A stretch of DNA of 64,000 nt from Parabacteroides sp. Its GTDB lineage: Bacteria; Bacteroidota; Bacteroidia; Bacteroidales; Tannerellaceae. The translations under genes were made by a program, and so were the position numbers. Location: positions 107,721-171,720 of the forward strand of contig JAGBDR010000009.1 in NCBI GenBank assembly GCA_017937385.1, written 5' to 3'. Below, in pieces: positions 28,674 through 37,691 of this stretch; the stretch's first letter is position 1; every line of letters starts with the position of its first letter. The notes below the pieces were generated by a model. It ran no database searches, was not told the origin of the DNA, and worked only from the letters and a program-made list of their open reading frames with translations.

Positions 28674-29702
28674 TTACTTCAACTTCGCCTCTACCCGGGC
28701 AAAGGGAGCCGCATCCATCGGGCAGAACTGTTTGTCGAGATACTTGTAATAGCCCGTTATGGCGACCATCGCCGCATTGTCTGTCGTGAAAGAGAATTTC
28801 GGGATATGCACCTTCCAGCCGAAACGCTTCGCATGATCGAGAAAAGCATCCCGCAGGCCGGAATTGGCCGACACGCCGCCGGCAACAGCCACCTCCTTGA
28901 TGTTCAGATCTTTCGCCGCCCGGCGCAGTTTATCCATCAGAATATCGATCACCGTCGCCTGCAAAGAGGCACAAAGATCTTGCTTGTTCTTTTCGATGAA
29001 ATCGGGATCTTCCTGTAGTTTGTCGCGCAAGGTATACAGGAAAGAGGTCTTCAATCCACTGAAACTATAGTCGTAACCGGGGATATGCGGCTTGCTGAAT
29101 GCAAAAGCCTTCGGGTTTCCTTCGTTGGCAAGGCGGTTCACGACCGGACCGCCGGGATAACCCAGTCCCATCACTTTCGCACATTTGTCGAACGCCTCAC
29201 CGGCAGCATCGTCGATCGTCTGCCCGATCACCTCCATATCGTTGTAAGCGTTCACCTTGATGATCTGCGAGTTCCCACCCGAAACCAACAGGCAAAGGAA
29301 CGGGAACGAAGGGGCATGATCGTCTTCGGGCGTCTCCTTGATGAAATGGGCCAGCACGTGTGCCTGCAAATGGTTGACTTCGACCATCGGGATCTCCAAC
29401 GACGCCGCCAATCCTTTGGCAAAGGAGGTCCCGACCAGCAACGACCCCATCAAACCCGGTCCGCGGGTAAATGCAACGGCACTCAGTTCGGATTTGTCGA
29501 TACCGGCACGCTTGATCGCCTCGGCAACTACCGGGATGATATTCTGTTGATGGGCACGGGAAGCCAATTCGGGAACAACACCGCCATAGGCTTCATGAAC
29601 TGCCTGACTGGCAATCACATTCGACAGCATCACGCCATCGCGTATTACGGAGGAAGAAGTATCATCGCACGATGATTCGATTCCTAATATAGTCACACTC
29701 AT
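28674..29702 (-). CDS. tsaD: tRNA N6-adenosine threonylcarbamoyltransferase
   Basis: LGIESSCDDT, GGVVPELASRAH, GPGL.GSL, SGGNSQ, DDAAGEAFDK, FSFSGLKT, TDNAAM. Confidence 0.97.
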   Translation of the reverse strand: MSVTILGIESSCDDTSSSVIRDGVMLSNVIASQAVHEAYGGVVPELASRAHQQNIIPVVAEAIKRAGIDKSELSAVAFTRGPGLMGSLLVGTSFAKGLAASLEIPMVEVNHLQAHVLAHFIKETPEDDHAPSFPFLCLLVSGGNSQIIKVNAYNDMEVIGQTIDDAAGEAFDKCAKVMGLGYPGGPVVNRLANEGNPKAFAFSKPHIPGYDYSFSGLKTSFLYTLRDKLQEDPDFIEKNKQDLCASLQATVIDILMDKLRRAAKDLNIKEVAVAGGVSANSGLRDAFLDHAKRFGWKVHIPKFSFTTDNAAMVAITGYYKYLDKQFCPMDAAPFARVEAKLK

Positions 29703-29718
29703 ATCTTCGTTTCAATTT

Positions 29719-32700
29719 TTGTGCAAATTAACGAAATCTATTCGGGATATTGTTGTAGTTTTGCGCTTAAATTATAGGAAAGATATCAAAGGACTTAAAT
29801 ACATAATCATCACCCTGTTCGCCCTGTTCTGGATATTCTATGCGACTCCGGCCCTCTTGTTGCGCATTCCATACGTGCAACGACAAGTGGCCCATATAGC
29901 AACAGCAGAATTATCCGAACGCTTAGGCGTGCCCGTACGGATCGGGAATGTAGACATCGAGTGGTTCAACCGCCTGGTGTTGGAAGACCTGTATCTGGAG
30001 GACGAAAGCGGAGCCTTGCTGTTCGACGCCAACCATGTGTCGGCGGGCTTCGAAATTCTGCCTTTGCTGAACGGCAAAATCGTGTTTTCGACAGTCCGCC
30101 TGTTCGGTTTCTCCGTCCATTTGAATAAGGAAACACCGGCCGACAAACTGAACCTGCAATTCGTCATCGACGCATTCGCCCGTAAAGACACGGTGAAAAG
30201 GCAACCAGCCATCGACCTCCGCTTCAACTCAATCCTGATACGCCGCGGCAACTTCCGCTACGATGTGAAGAACGCAGCTGCCACTCCCGGAAAGTTCAAT
30301 GCCAAACATATCGACATCCGGAACATAAGCGCCAAGATCTCGATGAAGTCCTTCAACAAGGACAGCCTCAATGCCAACATCAAGAAGATGAGTTTCGACG
30401 AAGCCTCAGGCTTTTCGCTGAACAAACTGTCGCTCAACATCGTGGCCAACAAAGACAGCGCGACCATCCGCAACTTTGAAATCAAGCTGCCCGAAACGGA
30501 TCTCCGGATAGACCGCGCCCATATCCATACGCAGGAGGCGACCGACAGTTCCAGCTGGCTGGACCATTCGCCCGTCGAACTGAACATCGTGCCTTCGCAG
30601 ATCTGCCTGAAAGACCTCTCCGCCTTTGTCCCGGCATTCCGCAACTTCTCGGAAACCATCGAGCTTTCGGCCGAAGCATCCGGTTATATCAACCAAATCG
30701 ACCTGAAACGGCTGACACTGAAATACAGCGACAAGATGCAATTCACCGGCATGATGGAAATGAAAGGCATCACGCACCCGGAAGAGGCCTATATCTTCGG
30801 GCAGGTCAACAGGATGTATATCACGACCGAAGGCATTTCAGGCCTTGTCAACAACTTCAACAAACGCCCGGTCAAGCTGCCGGACGCAATTGTCCGGTTG
30901 GGAACGGTCAACTTCACCGGAGAGATATCCGGTTTCTTCGACAACTTAGTGGCTTTCGGCAAATTCTCGTCGGCGATCGGTTCCGTCCAGACCGACCTGA
31001 TATTCGGTAGCGATAAGGAAAAGGAGATCGCCGCCTACCTGAAAGGGCACCTCTCGACCTCCACCCTGCACGTAGACCAGCTCTTCCCGGACGGTAATCC
31101 GTACGGGACAGCCCAACTGGACGTCACGTTAGACGCACGTCGTCCTGTCAACGGGAGATTCTCTGGCGACATCCAGGCGAATATAAACGAGTTCGAATAT
31201 AAAGGTTACCCATACGAAAACATACGTCTCTCCGGCAACTTCAAGGAAAACGGCTTCAACGGCGTGCTGGACATCGACGATCCGAACGGCAAACTGTATG
31301 CCGAAGGTTTGTTCCTCCACGAAGGTCGGAACTCCAGGTTCAACTTCACCTCGCGGCTGGACCATTTCCGGCCGGACAGCCTCCATCTGACGAACCAATA
31401 TGAAGCGCCGGACATCTCCTGTTCGCTGAACGCCGACTTCACCGGAAACAACATCGACAACCTGGAAGGGAGCATTACGCTTGACAGCCTCTCTTTCAAG
31501 ACCGCGCCGGACAGCTTTTTCCTGAAAAAGTTCAAGGTGGAAGCGACAGGCCACTCGCTGGACCGCCACCTGGCCATCACCTCCGATATCCTGAACGGCG
31601 AGGTGACGGGAGCTTACTCGTTCACGACAATCGTCCCCAGCTTCATGCAGACGCTAAAAGGCTACGTCCCGGCGCTGATCAACGTCACGCAAAAGAAACA
31701 GAAGGTGATGGAAAACAACTTCTCCCTCCTCCTGACCGTCGAAAACACAGAGGCCTTGTCCAACACCCTGAAACTGCCGGTCACGCTGTTGAGTCAGGGG
31801 CGCATCACGGGGCATTACAACAACCAGTACAACCGCTTCCGCCTCGAAGCCTACCTGCCCAAATTCAACATTGGCAAGTCCATGTTCGAATCCGGCTACC
31901 TGACGTGCGACAATCCGGAAGACCGGGTGAACCTCAGGCTCAAGGCGACCCACTACAACACCAAAGGATTGCGCAACTACATGGACCTGCAAGCAGATGC
32001 CAAAGACAACCGGATACAGACACACGTGGGCTGGGCAAACAACAAAGAGCGCCTGTTCAAAGCCGACCTCTCCGCCTCCACCCTCTTCATTGAGGAAGAA
32101 CAGGAAAAAGGGCCGGCCAAACTGCGTACGGAAATCTCACTCGACAAGAGTCCGCTGGTCCTGAACGACTCCACTTGGTACATCGCCCCGTCGACCATCA
32201 CCCTGGCAGACGGCAAGGTCGGGATACGGGACTTCTCCGTCTCCAACGGCACCGAATATCTCCATATAAACGGAACCGTCTCGCCGGACCCTGCCGACAC
32301 GCTGTTGCTGGACCTGAAACAGGTCGAGCTAAGCTACATCTTCGACATCCTGAACATACCGGTGCTCCAGTTCGCGGGAAAGGCGACCGGGACGTTCAAC
32401 ATCACAGACCTCTACGGCAGCCGGATCCTGAACACCGACCTCGAAATACGGGACTTCGCGTTCAACCAGGTTCCGTTGGGTCGCCTCAACCTGTTCAGCG
32501 AATGGGACGACCAGCAACAGGGAATCCTGATGTTAGGCAGCATCTACAAGAACGACACGACCTGGACCGACGTCAGCGGCTATATCTATCCGGTCGGCAA
32601 AAACGCGGGGCTTTCCCTCTTCTTCGACGCGAACGACATCGACATCGCGTTCTTGCATCCATTTGTCGAACACATCGCCAAGGATATGCAAGGGCGCGGC

Positions 32701-34281
32701 TTCGGCAACGTCCACCTGCACGGTCCTTTCAAGGAGCTGAGTGTGGAAGGGGATGCTTTCGTCCTCGACGGCGGCTTAGGCATCGAATACCTGAACACCT
32801 ACTACCATTTCTCCGATTCGCTCCACCTGCGGCCCGATGCGATCATCGCCCGCAACGTCACCGTGCACGACAAATTCGGCAATCCGGCAAAGTTAAACCT
32901 GACGGTCAACCACAAGCATTTCAAGGATGTCAGCTTCGACATGGAGGTCCAGACGCATAACATGCTGGTGTTCGACGCGACCAAGAAACAGAATCCGCTG
33001 ATCTACGGGACCGTCTTCGGAACCGGGACCGCCTCGGTCAAAGGGAACAGCCGGTTGATCAATTTCGACATCAACATGCAGAGCAATCCCAAGACCTCCG
33101 TCAAACTCGACTTCATGAACAATTCCTCGGCGGCAGAGTATGACTTCATCACCTTTGTCGACAAAAAGAAGCTGCGGGAAATGGCGCTTACACAGCCCGC
33201 CGACTCCATCAAGCCACTTGTCTTCCAAGACACAGACGAAGGGGCGGAACTGCGCATGAACTTCCTGCTCGACATCACGCCGGATGCCGACATCGAGTTG
33301 ATTATGGACCCCGTCGCCGGCGACAAGATAGCGGGCAACTGCAACGGAAGCCTCCAGGTACAGTACGGGACGAAGAGCGACCTGCGCATGTACGGGAACA
33401 TCGGGATCGTGCAAGGCAACTACAACTTCAGCCTGCAACAGCTCATCCACAAAAACTTCAAGATACGGGACGGCAGCACCATCAGTTTCCGGGGAGATCC
33501 TTTCCAGGCAACGATGAATGTAAACGCCATCTACAACGTGACAGCCAACATACAGGACCTGGACCCCAGCCTGACCTACGAAAGCTCCCGCCGCAACACG
33601 CCGGTCAACTGCGTCCTGAAACTGGACGGCTTGCTGCGGAACCCGACGATCTCGTTCGACCTCGAACTGCCGAGTTCCAACGAAGAGCTCCAACGGCAGG
33701 TCAAAAGCTTAGTCGACACGGAAGACATGATGACCCGGCAAATCATCTATCTACTGGTCCTGAACAAATTCTATACGCCGGAATACAATGCGCAATACAA
33801 GTCGAACGATTTCAGCGCAGTGGCTTCCTCTGCCCTTTCTTCCCAGATATCCAGCATCATGAACAGCTTCACCGACAAGGTGCAGCTCGGTACCAATATC
33901 CGGACCAGCCAGGACGGTATCGAGGATACGGAGGTGGAAATGTTGTTGTCCAGCCAATTACTGAACAACCGGCTGATATTCAACGGAAACTTCGGATATA
34001 AGAACAGCACGGTGAACAACCAGAAGAACGCCTTCATCGGCGAGTTCGACCTCGAATACCTGTTGACGCCCAACGGCGATATCCGCCTGAAGGCTTACAA
34101 CCATGCCAACGATATGTATATGATCCTCAAGCAAGCCATGACCACCCAGGGCGTCGGCATCATGTACAAGAAAGACTTCACCCGCTTCTCCGAAATCTTC
34201 CGCCGCCGGAAGAAATATCCTTTGCTCTCCCCAGCTCTCCTTCCCGCTGCCACACCGGACAGCACGCAGACGAAACGTTGA
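29719..34281 (+). CDS. tamB: Translocation and assembly module TamB (DUF490); start uncertain
   Basis: About 1500 aa, N-terminal TM anchor, beta-taco repeats, C-terminal SQLLNNRLIFNGN...FDLEYLLT..G..RLKAYN. Confidence 0.85.
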   Translation: MCKLTKSIRDIVVVLRLNYRKDIKGLKYIIITLFALFWIFYATPALLLRIPYVQRQVAHIATAELSERLGVPVRIGNVDIEWFNRLVLEDLYLEDESGALLFDANHVSAGFEILPLLNGKIVFSTVRLFGFSVHLNKETPADKLNLQFVIDAFARKDTVKRQPAIDLRFNSILIRRGNFRYDVKNAAATPGKFNAKHIDIRNISAKISMKSFNKDSLNANIKKMSFDEASGFSLNKLSLNIVANKDSATIRNFEIKLPETDLRIDRAHIHTQEATDSSSWLDHSPVELNIVPSQICLKDLSAFVPAFRNFSETIELSAEASGYINQIDLKRLTLKYSDKMQFTGMMEMKGITHPEEAYIFGQVNRMYITTEGISGLVNNFNKRPVKLPDAIVRLGTVNFTGEISGFFDNLVAFGKFSSAIGSVQTDLIFGSDKEKEIAAYLKGHLSTSTLHVDQLFPDGNPYGTAQLDVTLDARRPVNGRFSGDIQANINEFEYKGYPYENIRLSGNFKENGFNGVLDIDDPNGKLYAEGLFLHEGRNSRFNFTSRLDHFRPDSLHLTNQYEAPDISCSLNADFTGNNIDNLEGSITLDSLSFKTAPDSFFLKKFKVEATGHSLDRHLAITSDILNGEVTGAYSFTTIVPSFMQTLKGYVPALINVTQKKQKVMENNFSLLLTVENTEALSNTLKLPVTLLSQGRITGHYNNQYNRFRLEAYLPKFNIGKSMFESGYLTCDNPEDRVNLRLKATHYNTKGLRNYMDLQADAKDNRIQTHVGWANNKERLFKADLSASTLFIEEEQEKGPAKLRTEISLDKSPLVLNDSTWYIAPSTITLADGKVGIRDFSVSNGTEYLHINGTVSPDPADTLLLDLKQVELSYIFDILNIPVLQFAGKATGTFNITDLYGSRILNTDLEIRDFAFNQVPLGRLNLFSEWDDQQQGILMLGSIYKNDTTWTDVSGYIYPVGKNAGLSLFFDANDIDIAFLHPFVEHIAKDMQGRGFGNVHLHGPFKELSVEGDAFVLDGGLGIEYLNTYYHFSDSLHLRPDAIIARNVTVHDKFGNPAKLNLTVNHKHFKDVSFDMEVQTHNMLVFDATKKQNPLIYGTVFGTGTASVKGNSRLINFDINMQSNPKTSVKLDFMNNSSAAEYDFITFVDKKKLREMALTQPADSIKPLVFQDTDEGAELRMNFLLDITPDADIELIMDPVAGDKIAGNCNGSLQVQYGTKSDLRMYGNIGIVQGNYNFSLQQLIHKNFKIRDGSTISFRGDPFQATMNVNAIYNVTANIQDLDPSLTYESSRRNTPVNCVLKLDGLLRNPTISFDLELPSSNEELQRQVKSLVDTEDMMTRQIIYLLVLNKFYTPEYNAQYKSNDFSAVASSALSSQISSIMNSFTDKVQLGTNIRTSQDGIEDTEVEMLLSSQLLNNRLIFNGNFGYKNSTVNNQKNAFIGEFDLEYLLTPNGDIRLKAYNHANDMYMILKQAMTTQGVGIMYKKDFTRFSEIFRRRKKYPLLSPALLPAATPDSTQTKR

Positions 34282-34558
34282 CCTACCGGGATGTGTCGAT
34301 ATAAGCAACCTTACATATCTTTCATCGACAATCCTTTGCACGAAAGGGAATAGCCTTTCAACTCACCTGTCGCACGCAGGAAAACGGTGGCCATTTCCGA
34401 AACCGCCGTTTCGGAAACAGCGGTTTCGGAACGGTAAAAGTAATGCTATTTTCGGCAAAACAGGCAATTGATACGGATATATTCAACAAATAATCTCCAA
34501 TTTCCTATTTTAGCACACCGACCAGACAGATTTCATCACATAACAAGTATACGGAAAT

Positions 34559-35503
34559 ATGGAACAAAAGAAACAGAGAAAAAAGTCTTCCCTGTCATTA
34601 CTCGAATATGCCCGGAAGCGTATCGCATGGAAAGTACAACTCAACAAGACGAGCACGGCGGAACTCTACCGGGCAACGGTCAACCACTTCCTGAAATTCA
34701 CCGGCAACGAGCGGTTCCGGCTGGAAGAGCTGAACCGGACGTTGGTAGCCGACTTCGCCGCCTACCTGCAAAACAAAGGGCTGGCGACCAACACGGTCAA
34801 CTCCTACCTGAGCAGCCTCCGTGCCATCTACAACGCCGCGTGCTACGACCGATCGATCTTCCCGGCTGACCATCCGTTCAGAGGATTGAAGCTCAAACGG
34901 GAACCGACCGTGAAGCGTGCGGTCCCCGTCGCATTTATCCAAAAATTGGCGAACCTCCGGACAACCGATTCCCCCAAACAGGAACTGGCGACTGATATGG
35001 CCCTGTTCAGTTTCTTAGCGTGCGGAATGCCGTTTATCGACATGGCGCATCTGACGGCAAGTAACCTCCGGAACGGCGAGCTGGTCTACAACCGCCGGAA
35101 GACCGGGGCGCAAGTCCGCATGGAGATCACCCCCGTCATGTGGCAGATCATCCGCAAATATACGCCCACCGACGGGGAACGGGAGTTCCTTTTCCCGATC
35201 CTCCCGACACGCACACCGACTCATTCGCAGTACAAACACTGTCTGGCTTCGCACAACAAGCACCTGAAAGTGATCGGAAACAAACTTTGCATTCCCATCC
35301 TCTTCACCTCCTACGTGACGCGCCACAGCTGGGCATCCGCCGCCCTGCAATCCGGAATCTCCGTGGCAGTCATCAGCCAGGGACTGGGACATAGTTCGGA
35401 AAAAACGACGCGCTATTACCTGAGTGAACTGGATGTATCGGAATTAACAAAGGCAAACCGCATCATTTCGGCTCCGATCAATTGCCTGTTGGGAGAAGGA
35501 TAG
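34559..35503 (+). CDS. Tyrosine site-specific recombinase (phage-integrase family, SAM-like N-domain), probable invertase
   Basis: NTVNSYL.SLRAIYN, Y.RRKTG, YVTRHSWAS, ISQGLGHSSEKTTRYY. Confidence 0.92.
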   Translation: MEQKKQRKKSSLSLLEYARKRIAWKVQLNKTSTAELYRATVNHFLKFTGNERFRLEELNRTLVADFAAYLQNKGLATNTVNSYLSSLRAIYNAACYDRSIFPADHPFRGLKLKREPTVKRAVPVAFIQKLANLRTTDSPKQELATDMALFSFLACGMPFIDMAHLTASNLRNGELVYNRRKTGAQVRMEITPVMWQIIRKYTPTDGEREFLFPILPTRTPTHSQYKHCLASHNKHLKVIGNKLCIPILFTSYVTRHSWASAALQSGISVAVISQGLGHSSEKTTRYYLSELDVSELTKANRIISAPINCLLGEG

Positions 35504-35786
35504 GACGGGATTCGGTCCTTATTTATGAAATAAGGTATATAGATTATAACAAACTTGTTATCATTATATTAGATTGATTCAAGTTTGAGATAACGGATAT
35601 ATTTCCTTATATCGGAAGGCAAATATAGCGAAAAAAGGAAAGGATGGAGACTTTTTTAATGAAAAAAAGACCTTTCCATCTCTTTATTACCTGAAACCTT
35701 ACATTATCTATATAAAACCGGGATGTTCCTTGTTTCAGGAACAGGGCCTGGTTACACGTCTTTTGCAAAAAGGTAACACGCCTTTA

Positions 35787-35812
35787 TAGAGACGCAACCT
35801 GCTGCGTCTCTA
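35787..35812. repeat. REP-like palindrome
   Basis: TAGAGACGCA-ACCTGC-TGCGTCTCTA. Confidence 0.8.
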
Positions 35813-35884
35813 CCTGTATTGAGGACGTCCTATTTTCCAATCGTCCGTCCTTTTTTTAATGTCCTATCGACATTTATGTGCTAC

Positions 35885-35912
35885 GTAGAGACGCATGGCC
35901 ATGCGTCTCTAC
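35885..35912. repeat. Perfect 28-bp palindrome (REP-like)
   Basis: GTAGAGACGCATGG|CCATGCGTCTCTAC. Confidence 0.9.
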
Positions 35913-35961
35913 AACCCCGTCACACCTTATTTCATAAATAAGTTACTACCCAAAGTATCGG

Positions 35962-37059
35962 ATGGAAGAGAAGAAAAACATAGAGAAACAACACGTCTCC
36001 ATTGACATTTCTTACGGAAAATATTCGCAAGCGGTCCTGTTGTATGCCACCACCGACCTGACCGGCAAACAGATTGCCGAGCAATGCGGCGTCAGCCTGT
36101 CCGGATTCAGGATCTACTTGAGGCGGCACTACCGCGAACTGGTGCTCAAACGGAACAATGCCGAACCGGAGGAAAGCGCCTGCTTCACGAAGGACGGCAA
36201 ACTGCGTGGCAAACGGGGACAGACACCCGCCGCCCACCAAAAATACAAAGAGGCCATCGAAGCCTGCGACAACTTCGACTACATCGAATACAACGTCTCA
36301 CAAATCGCCCGCATGTTCGGACATGACGGGACCGCCTTGGGGAACCAGTTGAAACTGCACTACCCGGAGATCCTCGAACGGCGCGAAAAGACACGGATAC
36401 GCCTCGGACTCGCGGACAATTTCCTGCGGGGCGTCCATCCCAACAGCGTGAAAGAATATGCCGTCGCCGTCGAACTCTACCGCACCACCGACCGCAACCT
36501 GCCCTCCATCGCCGATGAATGCGAAGTCTCGCTCGCCGGGCTCAGCCAGCATTTGCGCTTCTACCACAAAGACTTGGTGAAGCAGAAAAGCGCCCTCTAC
36601 CGGCAAGCGGCAGGCAGCCGCCAGCCGGGCAAGCCGGGTGGCAACGGACGCGCCTCCGAACCCTCCTTCGGCACGTACGAAAAATACCGCGAGTCGATCG
36701 AGCTGTACCGCACGACCGGCCTGACCGCCAAGGAGGTCGTCGCCCGTACCGGCGTCACGCTCGGAGGCTTCTGCAACCACCTGCGCAAATGGCACCGCGA
36801 CCTGATGCTCGAACGGCGGGGCGGTACTCCCGAAGCCGATTGCAACCGGTGCGACCTCGACCTGAGCCAAAGCAAACGCTACCTCAAATCGACCGCCGCC
36901 AAATATGCCCCCGTCATCGAAAGCCTCAAAGCCCGTCCGCGGCCGGTCGCCCACGCAGCCGCCGAGTTCGGCGTGGACCCCGACAACTTCCGACGCTACC
37001 TGCGGACGCACGAGCCGGAACTGGCGGAGCGGTTCGGCAAGAAAAAGAAAATCAAATAA
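35962..37059 (+). CDS. Hypothetical protein with five tandem HTH-like repeats
   Basis: Repeated KY..A..LY.TT.L....IA...GV....F..YLR.H...L motif. Confidence 0.8.
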   Translation: MEEKKNIEKQHVSIDISYGKYSQAVLLYATTDLTGKQIAEQCGVSLSGFRIYLRRHYRELVLKRNNAEPEESACFTKDGKLRGKRGQTPAAHQKYKEAIEACDNFDYIEYNVSQIARMFGHDGTALGNQLKLHYPEILERREKTRIRLGLADNFLRGVHPNSVKEYAVAVELYRTTDRNLPSIADECEVSLAGLSQHLRFYHKDLVKQKSALYRQAAGSRQPGKPGGNGRASEPSFGTYEKYRESIELYRTTGLTAKEVVARTGVTLGGFCNHLRKWHRDLMLERRGGTPEADCNRCDLDLSQSKRYLKSTAAKYAPVIESLKARPRPVAHAAAEFGVDPDNFRRYLRTHEPELAERFGKKKKIK

Positions 37060-37078
37060 CAATCAAATTATAACAAGT

Positions 37079-37678
37079 ATGATACGAAAACTGATCATCA
37101 TGATGTTTCTGTTAGCTGTCCCCCTGGCGTTCTACGCACAGGACAACAGATTGGCCGGACAAAGAGGTTCGGTCGTCGGGATCAAGACCAACCTCCCTTA
37201 CTGGGGAGTGCTGGGTACTTTCAACGCAGGCGTGGAGTTCCGCTTGGCACGCCGCTGGAGTTTAGACATCGAAGCCGGCCTGAACCCGTTCGACGGGAAG
37301 AAAGACGACGACAGCTATGGCAAATCGCTCAAACACCTGCGCCTGCACCCCGAACTGCGCTACTGGTTCTGCGAAACGGGCTACAGGCATTTCGTCGGGC
37401 TGCACGTCCCCTACCTATTATATAATGTATCGGACATCCGGATGTTCGGCCTCGAAGGCAAACGCCGCCAAGGCTGGGGCACGGGCGTGGGGCTGAGCTA
37501 CGGCTACTCGTTCCTGCTCTCGAAGCACTGGAACTTGGAAGCGACCGTCGGCGCGGGCTACCTCTACCTCGAGTCGGAGAAATACCCCTGCGCCAACTGC
37601 GGACGCCGGAAAGGATACGAGAAAAAGCACTACGTCGGTCCCACCCAGGCGGCCGTCAACCTGATTTACCAATTCTAA
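37079..37678 (+). CDS. DUF3575 outer-membrane beta-barrel protein
   Basis: IKTNLPYW...TFNAGVEF, PELRYWFCE, EATVGAGY, YVGPTQAAVNLIYQF. Confidence 0.85.
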   Translation: MIRKLIIMMFLLAVPLAFYAQDNRLAGQRGSVVGIKTNLPYWGVLGTFNAGVEFRLARRWSLDIEAGLNPFDGKKDDDSYGKSLKHLRLHPELRYWFCETGYRHFVGLHVPYLLYNVSDIRMFGLEGKRRQGWGTGVGLSYGYSFLLSKHWNLEATVGAGYLYLESEKYPCANCGRRKGYEKKHYVGPTQAAVNLIYQF

Positions 37679-37691
37679 TCGTCGCAGCCTT

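Larger units (their letters stand above)
35518..35942. promoter_or_regulatory. Predicted invertible promoter segment flanked by 19-bp perfect inverted repeats
   Basis: CTTATTTATGAAATAAGGT (35518-35536) is the reverse complement of ACCTTATTTCATAAATAAG (35924-35942); internal -7 box TATATTTG on minus strand at 35620-35627. Confidence 0.85.
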
